Source: Candidatus Saccharimonadales bacterium (GTDB taxonomy: Bacteria; Patescibacteriota; Saccharimonadia; Saccharimonadales; UBA10212). From it: a stretch of 33,456 bases of DNA. This document shows, piece by piece, positions 24,017 to 33,237 of the stretch. Location: NCBI GenBank assembly GCA_035718045.1, contig DASTHV010000034.1, positions 1 to 33,456 of the forward strand. Reading direction: 5' to 3'. How positions within the stretch are numbered: the stretch's first letter is position 1; each line of letters begins with the position of its first letter. The position numbers and the translations under genes were made by a program. The notes under the pieces are model-generated. The model saw nothing but the letters and a program-made list of their open reading frames with translations. It was not told the DNA's origin and did no database searches.

Positions 24017-24094
24017 ATGAATCCCGTTAGAAATTCCAGCATATCCACACTCGGCCTGGGAACGAAGCGGGACAACCATAGAAAGGATTTCTAA
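24017..24094 (+). CDS. Candidate leaderless 25-codon upstream ORF ([25 protein letters not shown]) in the clpP leader
   Basis: The ATG at 24017 lies 8 nt after the -10 box, the same geometry as other putative leaderless genes in this window. The TAA at 24092-24094 is 4 nt before the clpP ATG. Confidence 0.3.
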   Translation: MNPVRNSSISTLGLGTKRDNHRKDF

Positions 24095-24100
24095 CGGGAT
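24021..24100 (+). promoter_or_regulatory. Long-range RNA helix sequestering the clpP SD and start codon
   Basis: AUCCCGUUAGAAAU (24021-24034) is perfectly complementary to AUUUCUAACGGGAU (24087-24100). The helix extends by U24035-G24086 and C24036-G24085 to 16 bp. The right arm covers GG of the SD and AU of the AUG (24099). Confidence 0.5.
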
Positions 24101-24728
24101 GAATAAACCGACTTCTCAAATATTAGTTCCAACGGTTATTGAAACTGAAGGACGCATGGAGCGGGCCTATGATATTTTCAGCCGTCTGCTGCGCGACCGG
24201 ATTATCTTTTTAGGCGATGATGTTAACGAACACACCGCCAACTTGATAGTCGCCCAGATTCTCTTCTTAGAAAACCAAGACCCAAACAAGGATATTATTC
24301 TTTATATTAACAGTCCGGGCGGCAGTGTTTATGACGCCATGGCCATTTACGATACGATGCAGTTTGTTAAGAGCGACATCCAGACCGTCGGGATTGGCGT
24401 GCAGGCTAGCGCCGCGGCCTTTTTGCTGAGCTCCGGCACCAAGGGCAAGCGCTTTTTACTGCCGCACGCCACGGTTATGATCCACCAGCCCAGCAGCGGC
24501 ACCCGCGGCAAAGTGACAGATCAGGAAATCGATCTGCGCGAAGCTTTGCGCGTAAAACGGATGATGGAAGAAATAATGGCCAAAAACACTGGTCAGAAAC
24601 AACCGAAAATCCACCAAGATATGGAACGGGACTTTTGGATGACCGCGCCCGAGGCCGTCAAATACGGCATTGTCGACACAGTGATTGATAGTCGCAAGCT
24701 GGCTGACTCAATCCAAAAAAGCGCTTAA
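24099..24728 (+). CDS. clpP: ATP-dependent Clp protease proteolytic subunit ClpP
   Basis: [18 protein letters not shown], catalytic Ser in [11 protein letters not shown], His in VMIHQP, Asp in ERDFWMTA. Confidence 0.9.
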   Translation: MNKPTSQILVPTVIETEGRMERAYDIFSRLLRDRIIFLGDDVNEHTANLIVAQILFLENQDPNKDIILYINSPGGSVYDAMAIYDTMQFVKSDIQTVGIGVQASAAAFLLSSGTKGKRFLLPHATVMIHQPSSGTRGKVTDQEIDLREALRVKRMMEEIMAKNTGQKQPKIHQDMERDFWMTAPEAVKYGIVDTVIDSRKLADSIQKSA

Positions 24729-24778
24729 AACCGGTCTTTCTTTCATCAAAGAGTGATTAAAATCACTTAAAAATAGTG

Positions 24779-24807
24779 TTGACTCTACCGCAAAAGCTCT
24801 TTAAAAT
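24779..24807 (+). promoter_or_regulatory. Sigma-70-like promoter for rpoBC (TTGACT-17 nt-TAAAAT)
   Basis: TTGACT at 24779-24784, a 17-nt spacer, and TAAAAT at 24802-24807. This gives a leader of about 110 nt. Confidence 0.55.
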
Positions 24808-24924
24808 AGAGCCAAGAAGTAGTGTACTTTGGTGCTTGCTGTGGTAAAAAAGCTGTGCACGCCGAATGTAGTGGGCTTCGCATAAGCGACAACTAATTTA
24901 TTAATATAGGGAGTTTTGCTGTTG

Positions 24925-27900
24925 ATGGCGAAAAATATGGCGACTATTGCGAAACGCACGTACTTTACAAATCTAGATGACATTATTCAACCACCCGATC
25001 TGGTCAGTCACCAAAATAATTCATTCCAATGGTTCGTGGAAGAAGGTTTGGGCGAGCTGCTGGCGGAAATCAGCCCGATTGATGATTATACGGGCACCAA
25101 ACTAAGTATCAGTTTTAAACACTACCATTTTGACGAGCCTAAAATGACCGAAACCGAGGCTCGCGAAAACAACGTCAGTTACGACGCCCCGCTAAAGGCC
25201 ACCGTGGAGCTGACCAACAAGGTAACCGGAGAAGTTAAAGAACAAGAGATTTACCTAGGCGATTACCCCTGGATGACCTCAAGGGGTACGTTTGTAATTA
25301 ACGGCGCCGAGCGAGTGGTTGTCAGTCAACTGATCCGCTCTAGCGGCGTATTCTTCACCGCCGACCCCCGCGGCACTACTAATCTGTACGGAGCCAAAAT
25401 TATTCCGGTGCGTGGTGCTTGGCTGGAGTTTGAAACGGCTGCTAACGGCGCTCTATACGTCAAGATTGACCGTAAGCGTAAACTCGCCGTAACCACTCTT
25501 TTGCGAGCTCTAGGCATGGATGAAACTCAGATTAAAGACGCCTTCAAGCACGTTGATCAGGGCGAAACCAGCTATCTGGACGCTACTTTTGACAAGGACC
25601 CATCCCACAGCACCAACGAGGCTTTGATTGAGGTTTATCGGCGCTTGCGCCCAGGAGATTTGGCTACCGTAGAAAACGCCCGCAGCCTGCTGGAAAACAT
25701 GTTCTACAACTTCAAACGCTTTGATTTTGGCCGAGTTGGCCGCTATAAGCTCAATAAGCGCTTGGATTTAGACGTGCCTAACACCATAGATAACCGAGTC
25801 ATGCGGATTGATGACTTGCTGGCCGTAATCGCCGAGATCATTAGGCTTAATAATACCCAAGACCCCGCTGACGAAATTGACAGCCTGGCAAACCGTCGGG
25901 TCAAACTGGTCGGCGAGTTAGTGCAGCGACAGTTTCGTATCGGCCTGCTGCGCATGGAGCGAAACGCTAAAGATCGCATGAGCATGAGTGAGATTGAAAC
26001 TGTCACGCCAGCCCAGCTGATTAATGCCCGCCCGGTAGTAGCGGCGGTACGGGAATTTTTTGCCAGTTCGCAGCTATCCCAGTTCATGGACCAGATCAAC
26101 CCGCTTTCCGAGCTAGCTCACAAACGCCGTTTAAGCTCGATGGGCCCAGGTGGACTTTCGCGCGAGCGGGCCGGATTTGAAGTCCGCGACGCCCATGCTA
26201 CGCATTATGGCCGAATCTGTCCGGTAGAAACTCCCGAAGGCGCCAACATTGGCTTAGTGCTGAACCTGGCCAGCTACGCTCGCATCAACGAGTATGGTTT
26301 CATAGAGACTCCCTATAGAAAAGTCATTAATGCCGTCACAGCCAAAGAAGCCGCCGGTCACATCGCCCGCGAAGATTTTGAAGACAGTAAAGGTAAAGTG
26401 ATAGTGAAAGCCGGAGCGGTAATCACGCCGGCAGCCGCCAAGCGTCTAGAAGCCATCAAAGATCGAGCTACTTGGCCGGTCAAGGCTAAGGTTACGGATA
26501 AGATAGTTTACTTGGACGCCGCGGAAGAGGAGCAATCAATCATTGCCGGCGCTGGTAATGAAATCGGTGACGATGGTTATTTTAAAGAAGAACGCATCAG
26601 CGCCCGCTCTCATTTGGAAGCCGGAGAGGTTGACGCCGATGAAATCACCTACATGGATGCCGCCCAGAGTCAGACCATCGGCTCTAGTGCCGGTTTAATT
26701 CCCTTCGTAGAAAAAAACTATGTTTTGCGATCACTAATGGGCTCGAACCAGCAACGCCAAGCCGTGCCGCTGATCAAACCTCAGTCGCCGATTGTCGGTA
26801 CCGGTATGGAATCTGTCGTTGCTCAAAACACCGGTCAGCTGACATTGGCCGAAGAAGATGGCGTGATTGAAAAGGCTACCGCCGATGAAGTCATCGTTCG
26901 CTACAAGAAGGCCGGTAAGGTCACTTATCAGCCGGCGCACTTCATGCGTAGTAATGAAGGTAGCTCTATCAACCAACTAGTAGTTGTTAATAGTGGCGAT
27001 AAGGTAAAGGCCGGTGATCCGCTAATTGAAGGGATGAGTATCGCCGATGGTGAACTAGCCTTAGGCAAAGATCTGTTGGTAGCCTTTATGCCGTGGGGCG
27101 GCTACAACTTTGAAGACGCCATAATTATTTCCCGCCGATTGGTGGAAGACGATACCTTGACCTCTATCCACATAGTTGATTACATGACCGAAGTCCGTGA
27201 GACCAAGCTTGGTCCGGAGATCGTCACGCGCGACATTCCGAATGTGTCCGAAGAAGCCCTGCGCCACTTGGACGAAGACGGAATTGTGCGCATCGGCGCC
27301 GAAGTCCATCCCGGGGACATCTTGGTTGGTAAGATTACGCCAAAGGGCGAACAAGAACTATCCAGCGAGGAACGCTTGCTGCGGGCCATCTTCGGTGAAA
27401 AAGCCAAAGAAGTCCGTGACACATCACAGCGCATGAGCACCGGCCGCCACGGCAAAGTGGTAGGCGTTAAGGTATTTAGCCGGGCCAACGGCCACGAGCT
27501 TAAAGCCGGTGTCATTATGCAGATCCAAGTTTTTGTGGCCCAGATGCGCAAAATCAGCGTCGGCGATAAGCTTGGCGGACGCCATGGAAACAAGGGCGTG
27601 ATTGCCCGGATCCTGCCCGTCGAGGACATGCCGTTTTCAGAAGACGGCACTCCTGTAGATGTGATTTTGAATCCGTTGGGCGTGCCATCCAGAATGAACA
27701 TCGGTCAGTTGTTTGAAACCCATCTTGGTATGGCCGCCCGCGCGCTTGGCATCAAAGTAGCCAGTCCGGCCTTTAGCGGCGTGCCGAACGAAAAGATTAA
27801 AGAATTGCTTAAGCAAGCCGGTTTACCGGACGACGGAAAACAACAACTATACGATGGCCGTACCGGCGAAGCGTTTAGCGAGCGGACCACCGTGGGCAGC

Positions 27901-28461
27901 ATGTACATCATCAAGTTGAATCACATGGTTAGCGACAAGATTCACGCTCGCTCGACTGGCCCGTACACTATGGTCACCCAACAGCCCTTGGGCGGTAAAG
28001 CCCAAAACGGCGGCCAGCGCTTCGGCGAGATGGAAGTCTGGGCGCTAGAGGCTTACGGCGCCGCCAACACTTTACAGGAAATGCTGACTATTAAATCCGA
28101 CGACGTTTACGGCCGAGCTAAAGCTTACGAATCAATCATTAAAGGCACGCCGATCCAAGGGCCAAAAGTTCCAGAAAGCTTTAACGTGCTAGTCAAAGAG
28201 CTCCAAGGTCTTGGCCTAAAAGTTGACTTGCTGGCCGATAACGAAATTGTTGACGCCGAGCACGTTCTAGCTCAGCACATCAAAGAAGAAGCTAAAGAGG
28301 CTCCCGAAGAGTCCGCCGCGTCAACGGTCCATGAGGCAGAAATCACCGATGAAGTGGTAGCCGAAGAAATGCTCAGCATGGACAGCGACACCGATATGGC
28401 GGCGGTAACTGAAGACGAGATACAAGATATGGAAAATCAGACTATAGAGGAGGAGGCTTAA
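24925..28461 (+). CDS. rpoB: DNA-directed RNA polymerase subunit beta
   Basis: SSQLSQFMDQINPLSELAHKRRLSSMGPGGLSRERAGFEVRD, SRMNIGQLFETHLG, GGQRFGEMEVWALEAYGAA. Start taken at ATG 24925 (AGGGAG upstream). TTG 24922 or ATG 24937 are also possible. Confidence 0.9.
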   Translation: MAKNMATIAKRTYFTNLDDIIQPPDLVSHQNNSFQWFVEEGLGELLAEISPIDDYTGTKLSISFKHYHFDEPKMTETEARENNVSYDAPLKATVELTNKVTGEVKEQEIYLGDYPWMTSRGTFVINGAERVVVSQLIRSSGVFFTADPRGTTNLYGAKIIPVRGAWLEFETAANGALYVKIDRKRKLAVTTLLRALGMDETQIKDAFKHVDQGETSYLDATFDKDPSHSTNEALIEVYRRLRPGDLATVENARSLLENMFYNFKRFDFGRVGRYKLNKRLDLDVPNTIDNRVMRIDDLLAVIAEIIRLNNTQDPADEIDSLANRRVKLVGELVQRQFRIGLLRMERNAKDRMSMSEIETVTPAQLINARPVVAAVREFFASSQLSQFMDQINPLSELAHKRRLSSMGPGGLSRERAGFEVRDAHATHYGRICPVETPEGANIGLVLNLASYARINEYGFIETPYRKVINAVTAKEAAGHIAREDFEDSKGKVIVKAGAVITPAAAKRLEAIKDRATWPVKAKVTDKIVYLDAAEEEQSIIAGAGNEIGDDGYFKEERISARSHLEAGEVDADEITYMDAAQSQTIGSSAGLIPFVEKNYVLRSLMGSNQQRQAVPLIKPQSPIVGTGMESVVAQNTGQLTLAEEDGVIEKATADEVIVRYKKAGKVTYQPAHFMRSNEGSSINQLVVVNSGDKVKAGDPLIEGMSIADGELALGKDLLVAFMPWGGYNFEDAIIISRRLVEDDTLTSIHIVDYMTEVRETKLGPEIVTRDIPNVSEEALRHLDEDGIVRIGAEVHPGDILVGKITPKGEQELSSEERLLRAIFGEKAKEVRDTSQRMSTGRHGKVVGVKVFSRANGHELKAGVIMQIQVFVAQMRKISVGDKLGGRHGNKGVIARILPVEDMPFSEDGTPVDVILNPLGVPSRMNIGQLFETHLGMAARALGIKVASPAFSGVPNEKIKELLKQAGLPDDGKQQLYDGRTGEAFSERTTVGSMYIIKLNHMVSDKIHARSTGPYTMVTQQPLGGKAQNGGQRFGEMEVWALEAYGAANTLQEMLTIKSDDVYGRAKAYESIIKGTPIQGPKVPESFNVLVKELQGLGLKVDLLADNEIVDAEHVLAQHIKEEAKEAPEESAASTVHEAEITDEVVAEEMLSMDSDTDMAAVTEDEIQDMENQTIEEEA

Positions 28462-28462
28462 G

Positions 28463-31400
28463 ATGCGCCAATATTCAACAGGTACGAATATCGCTGATTT
28501 TGACGCCGTTAGGTTAGCGATCGCCAGCCCTGATGACATCTTAGAGTGGAGTTACGGCGAGGTCACCAAACCGGAGACTATTAACTACCGTACCCAAAAA
28601 CCGGAGCGTGACGGGTTGTTCTGCGAGCGCATCTTTGGACCGGTAAAGGATATAAACCCCCACGACGCCAAATATAAAGGTGTGCGTTCGCGCGAGGCTG
28701 CCGTTGATAAAAACGGCGAATTGGTAACCCGAAGCATTGTCCGCCGCGAGCGGATGGGCCACATCAGCCTGGCCACGCCGGTGGCTCACATCTGGTTCCT
28801 GCGCGGCACGCCAAGCGCCACTGGATTGCTGCTAGGCATGACTGTCAAAAACCTAGAGCGAGTCGCTTACTTTGCCAGCTACATAATCAAAAGTGTCAAC
28901 CTGGAAGCTCGCGACAAAATCAAAGCCGACCGTGAAGCTGAATTCAAGGCCGCCGAGCAGGCCATCAATGCTCGCTACGAAACAGAGGCCAAAGCCGAGG
29001 GCGCGGACGTTCATGCCCTAGCCGAAGCCCGCACCAAAGAATTAGAGGAATTAGCTCACGAGGCTGAAACTTTCATCAGCCAAGTAGACAGTCTAGAAAA
29101 GTTCCGTCTGCTTAGCGAAACCGATTATCGTAACTTGCCTGAAGAACTGCAGGCTTTGATATCCGTTGGTATGGGTGGCTCCGCCTTGAAGGAACTGCTG
29201 GAAGAAGTTGATCTGACAAAACTGATTGACGATCTCAGCCAGGAAGCCGAAGAGGCTAAGGGCCAGCGCAAGAAGAAAATCATGAAGCGTCTGCGCCTGC
29301 TGGAAAGCATGGACCGAGCCGGCATCAAGCCAAGCAGTTTGACTTTGAGTGTACTGCCGGTTATTCCGCCGGATCTGAGGCCGATGGTCCAGCTAACCGG
29401 TGGCCGGTTTGCCACCAGCGATCTTAACGATCTTTACCGCCGCGTCATCAACCGGAATAACCGTCTTAAGAAGCTGATGGAGTTGAATGCACCGGAAGTT
29501 ATCCGCCGCAACGAGCAACGGATGTTGCAAGAGGCTGTCGATGCTTTGATTGACAATAATTCCACGCGCTCCGGCCGAGCCGTAGCTGCCACCGGCCAAC
29601 GCCGCCGGCTGAAGAGCCTAAGCGATATGCTTAAAGGCAAACAAGGTCGTTTTCGCCAGAACTTGCTTGGTAAGCGGGTAGATTATTCCGGCCGTTCGGT
29701 AATCGTGGCCGGCCCGGAACTTAAGATGTATCAGTGCGGCCTGCCAAAGACCATGGCTTTAGAGTTGTTCAAACCATTCGTCATCGGCCGGTTGATCGAT
29801 TTGGAGCTAGCCCACAATATCCGCAGCGCCACCCGTATGATTGAGGCCAGCGAATCAGCTGTTTGGGACGCTCTGGATGAGGTAATTAAAGGAAAATACG
29901 TACTACTGAACCGCGCGCCCTCACTCCACCGCTTGAGTATCCAGGCTTTCCAGCCGGTTCTCATCGAAGGTAAAGCCATCCAACTTCACCCGCTAGTCTG
30001 CAAGGGCTTTAACGCCGACTTTGACGGCGACCAAATGGCCGTGCATCTGCCGCTAAGCGAAGCGGCCCAAGCCGAAGCCCAAGATATCATGGCTTCCAAT
30101 AAGAACCTGCTGAAGCCGGCTGACGGTTCACCAATCCTGCATGTCGAACAGGACATCGTTCTGGGCTGCTATTATCTGACCTATGAACGGCCGGGCGCCA
30201 AAATCGACAAACCGCGGTCATTAAGCAGCATTGACGAGGTAGTTTTAGCCCTGGATGACCATAAGATTACCTGGCAAACCAGGGTCAGCGTGCCCTTCCG
30301 CGGTGAAGTGCGCAATACCACTGCTGGACGCTTGCTGTTTAACGAGATATTCCCCGAAGACTTCCCATTCCAAAACGAGCCAATGACCAGCAAGAAGCTC
30401 GATTTTGTAATGAGCTACACCTACCAGAAATACGGCCAGGAAAAGACCGCAGAGATTGCCGATGAACTAAAAGACTTGGGCTTTCGTTATGCGACCCGCT
30501 CTGGTATTTCTATCGGCATGAACGATTTTTCCGACTTGAAGGTATTGCATGAAATCGTCCAGAAAGGCGAGAACAAGGCCAGGGAAGTTAGCGAGCAATA
30601 CAACCACGGCCTGATAACAGACGAGGAACGCTACCGCTTGACCGTTGAGGCTTGGACTGAGGTTGACGCCGAAGTCGAAAAGGCCTTGGCCGAGCAGTTC
30701 GCCCATGAAGATAATACGATGTCGACCGCCGTGGCCTCGGGTGCGCGTGGGAACTTAAGCCAGATGAAAGACTCCGTAGGTATGATCGGCATTCGCGCCG
30801 ACGCTACCGGCCGAGCCATGGAGCTGCCTGTAAGATCTAACTATAAGTACGGCCTTAACCCGCTGGAATACTTTACAGCCACCCGTGGTACTCGTAAATC
30901 TTTGATTGATATCGCCCTTAGAACAGCCGACTCAGGCTACCTGACTCGTCGTTTGGTCGATGTCGCCCAAGACGTATTCACCATAGACTATGAGACTCCC
31001 GATCCTGGATTTCCGATTTATCGTTCCGAGTCGGAAGAAATCGGTGTTGACTTTGCCCACAGGCTAGAAGGGCGCTATGTGGCCGAGAACGTCAAACGGC
31101 ATATCAAAGCCGGTGAGCTGATAACGCCTGAGATCGCCGCCAAGATCGGGGCTGACGAAGCAGTCGAATGCCTAAAAATCATGAGCGTGCTATCTTGCAC
31201 CAGCTCACGCGGCGTTAGCCGTGAATCCTATGGTATCGATTTGGCCACCGGTAAACTGGTAGCTTCTGACTATCCGATTGGTGTAATTGCCGCTCAATCA
31301 ATCGGCGAGCCCGGTACTCAGCTGAGTCTGGACTCCAAGCACCGAGCCGGCGCTGTAACCGCCGGTGATGATGTAACCCAGGGCCTGACCCGTGTAGAAG

Positions 31401-32302
31401 AGCTTCTGGAAGTCCGTACACCAAAAGGCCAAGCTTATCTGACCGATATTTCCGGCAAAGTCAATCTATGGGAAGAGGGCGACCAATACATCGTGCAAGT
31501 TACCGCCAAGAAACAGAAGCCCATAGAGCTTGAACTTAATGGTCGCGTAGCCCACATATCTGACGGCGATGAAGTAAACATCGGCGATGTTGTAGCCGCT
31601 CAAGAAGACGGCAGCGAGCCGCTTACCGCCCCGATGATCGGCAAAGCTAAAGTAGACGATTCGACTATCATCATCAGCCCGACCTCCAAGACAATGATGC
31701 GCTACGAAATTCCCAGCTTTAAGCAGATGCAGATCGCCGATGGCGACGAAGTTGTAGCGGGACAAAGGCTGACTAACGGCTCTATCAACTTGCATGACCT
31801 GATGCGCTTGCAAGGCATTGAAGCCACTCAGCGCTATATCATGAATGAAGTACTATACATTTTTGCCAGCCAAGGTCAGACCATTGCCGACAAACACCTT
31901 GAAGTGATCGTCCACCAGATGTTCAGCCGGGTCCAGATCGAAGATTCAGGCGACAGCGAGTTCATTACCGGAGATATTGTCAGCAAGCTGGCGGTCGATG
32001 AAGTCAACGAACAGCTATCCAAAGACGGTAAAAATCTGGTCAAATACAATCAGCTGTTGCTCGGTATCACCAAGGCTTCATTGTCTACTGATTCTTTCCT
32101 GTCAGCGGCCTCATTCCAAGACACCACCAGAGTGCTGATCAGTGCCGCCACCAGCGGTAAGGTGGACCATCTATATGGTCTTAAAGAAAATGTCATATTA
32201 GGCCGCAAGATACCCGTGGGTACCGGCGCTCGGCGTCGTGGCGGCGAAGAAACTGAGGACTTAGCAGAGCAACCGCTTGAAACTGTTGCCTCTAAGGAGT
32301 AA
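28463..32302 (+). CDS. rpoC: DNA-directed RNA polymerase subunit beta-prime
   Basis: [32 protein letters not shown], catalytic [27 protein letters not shown]. Begins 1 nt after the rpoB stop, with GGAGGAGG upstream. Confidence 0.9.
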   Translation: MRQYSTGTNIADFDAVRLAIASPDDILEWSYGEVTKPETINYRTQKPERDGLFCERIFGPVKDINPHDAKYKGVRSREAAVDKNGELVTRSIVRRERMGHISLATPVAHIWFLRGTPSATGLLLGMTVKNLERVAYFASYIIKSVNLEARDKIKADREAEFKAAEQAINARYETEAKAEGADVHALAEARTKELEELAHEAETFISQVDSLEKFRLLSETDYRNLPEELQALISVGMGGSALKELLEEVDLTKLIDDLSQEAEEAKGQRKKKIMKRLRLLESMDRAGIKPSSLTLSVLPVIPPDLRPMVQLTGGRFATSDLNDLYRRVINRNNRLKKLMELNAPEVIRRNEQRMLQEAVDALIDNNSTRSGRAVAATGQRRRLKSLSDMLKGKQGRFRQNLLGKRVDYSGRSVIVAGPELKMYQCGLPKTMALELFKPFVIGRLIDLELAHNIRSATRMIEASESAVWDALDEVIKGKYVLLNRAPSLHRLSIQAFQPVLIEGKAIQLHPLVCKGFNADFDGDQMAVHLPLSEAAQAEAQDIMASNKNLLKPADGSPILHVEQDIVLGCYYLTYERPGAKIDKPRSLSSIDEVVLALDDHKITWQTRVSVPFRGEVRNTTAGRLLFNEIFPEDFPFQNEPMTSKKLDFVMSYTYQKYGQEKTAEIADELKDLGFRYATRSGISIGMNDFSDLKVLHEIVQKGENKAREVSEQYNHGLITDEERYRLTVEAWTEVDAEVEKALAEQFAHEDNTMSTAVASGARGNLSQMKDSVGMIGIRADATGRAMELPVRSNYKYGLNPLEYFTATRGTRKSLIDIALRTADSGYLTRRLVDVAQDVFTIDYETPDPGFPIYRSESEEIGVDFAHRLEGRYVAENVKRHIKAGELITPEIAAKIGADEAVECLKIMSVLSCTSSRGVSRESYGIDLATGKLVASDYPIGVIAAQSIGEPGTQLSLDSKHRAGAVTAGDDVTQGLTRVEELLEVRTPKGQAYLTDISGKVNLWEEGDQYIVQVTAKKQKPIELELNGRVAHISDGDEVNIGDVVAAQEDGSEPLTAPMIGKAKVDDSTIIISPTSKTMMRYEIPSFKQMQIADGDEVVAGQRLTNGSINLHDLMRLQGIEATQRYIMNEVLYIFASQGQTIADKHLEVIVHQMFSRVQIEDSGDSEFITGDIVSKLAVDEVNEQLSKDGKNLVKYNQLLLGITKASLSTDSFLSAASFQDTTRVLISAATSGKVDHLYGLKENVILGRKIPVGTGARRRGGEETEDLAEQPLETVASKE

Positions 32303-32346
32303 ATTTGCTAAAATCAGATGTTGAATCCAAGGAGTTTTAAGGAGTA

Positions 32347-32757
32347 ATGCCCACAGTCAACCAATTAGTGCGCAAACCGCGCAAGCAAGTAACCGGTAAA
32401 AGTAAGAGCCCGGCGTTACTTAGAGTTACCAATAACTTGAAGACCCGCAGCTATGAAAAGGCCGGGCCGTTTAAACGTGGTGTCTGTGTGCGCGTGACTA
32501 CGAAAACCCCTAAAAAACCTAACTCGGCGCTGCGTAAAGTCGCTCGCGTCCGTCTAACTAATGGCCACGAGGTCTGGGCATACATCGGCGGCGAAGGCCA
32601 CAATCTCCAGGAGCATGCCGTTGTCTTAGTCCGCGGTGGCAGGGTCAAGGATCTGCCGGGTGTGCGCTACCACATCGTCCGCGGCAGCTTAGACCTGCAA
32701 GGCGTCCAAAACCGCAAACAAGGCCGCAGCAAATACGGCGCCAAGAGGCCTAAATAA
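32347..32757 (+). CDS. rpsL: 30S ribosomal protein S12
   Basis: [12 protein letters not shown]..., [37 protein letters not shown]. Tandem AAGGAG SD sequences upstream. Confidence 0.95.
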   Translation: MPTVNQLVRKPRKQVTGKSKSPALLRVTNNLKTRSYEKAGPFKRGVCVRVTTKTPKKPNSALRKVARVRLTNGHEVWAYIGGEGHNLQEHAVVLVRGGRVKDLPGVRYHIVRGSLDLQGVQNRKQGRSKYGAKRPK

Positions 32758-33236
32758 TGCCCCGTAAAGTCACTAAGTCTTTAGTGCGGCCCGTACAGCC
32801 CGATCGGCTGTATAACAGCACCATGGTAGCCAAGTTAATCAATCGTGTAATGCTTGACGGTAAAAAACAGCTGGCCGAGCGTTTGGTTTACGGCGGGATG
32901 CAGAAGGCCGCCGATAAGCTTAAGGTTCAGAACCCGCTAGAAGTCTTCGAACAGGCGTTGGGCAACGTTCAGCCGCACCTGGAAACCCGCTCACGCCGGG
33001 TAGGCGGTGCTAACTATCAAATTCCGTTTGAAGTAAAAGGCCAACGTCAACAGCATCTTACCATCATGTGGTTCGTGGAAGCCGCCAGAGCCAAATCCGG
33101 CATGAGCATGGAAGACCGTATCGCTCAAGAGTTGATAGACGCCTATAACAATACCGGCACGGCCGTTAAGAAAAAAGAAGATACGCACCGCATGGCCGAG
33201 GCCAACCGGGCCTTCGCCCACTTTGCGAGAAGCTAA
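32757..33236 (+). CDS. rpsG: 30S ribosomal protein S7
   Basis: MPRK..., DGKKQLAERLVYG, ETRSRRVGGANYQIP, HRMAEANRAFAHF. The start overlaps the rpsL stop (TAATG). Confidence 0.95.
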   Translation: MPRKVTKSLVRPVQPDRLYNSTMVAKLINRVMLDGKKQLAERLVYGGMQKAADKLKVQNPLEVFEQALGNVQPHLETRSRRVGGANYQIPFEVKGQRQQHLTIMWFVEAARAKSGMSMEDRIAQELIDAYNNTGTAVKKKEDTHRMAEANRAFAHFARS

Positions 33237-33237
33237 C

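Noticed and set aside
24752-24767. AGTGAT/ATCACT hairpin after clpP as an intrinsic terminator
   Set aside because: It has only 6 AT-rich base pairs and is followed by an A-rich rather than U-rich tract, so it is not convincing as a terminator.
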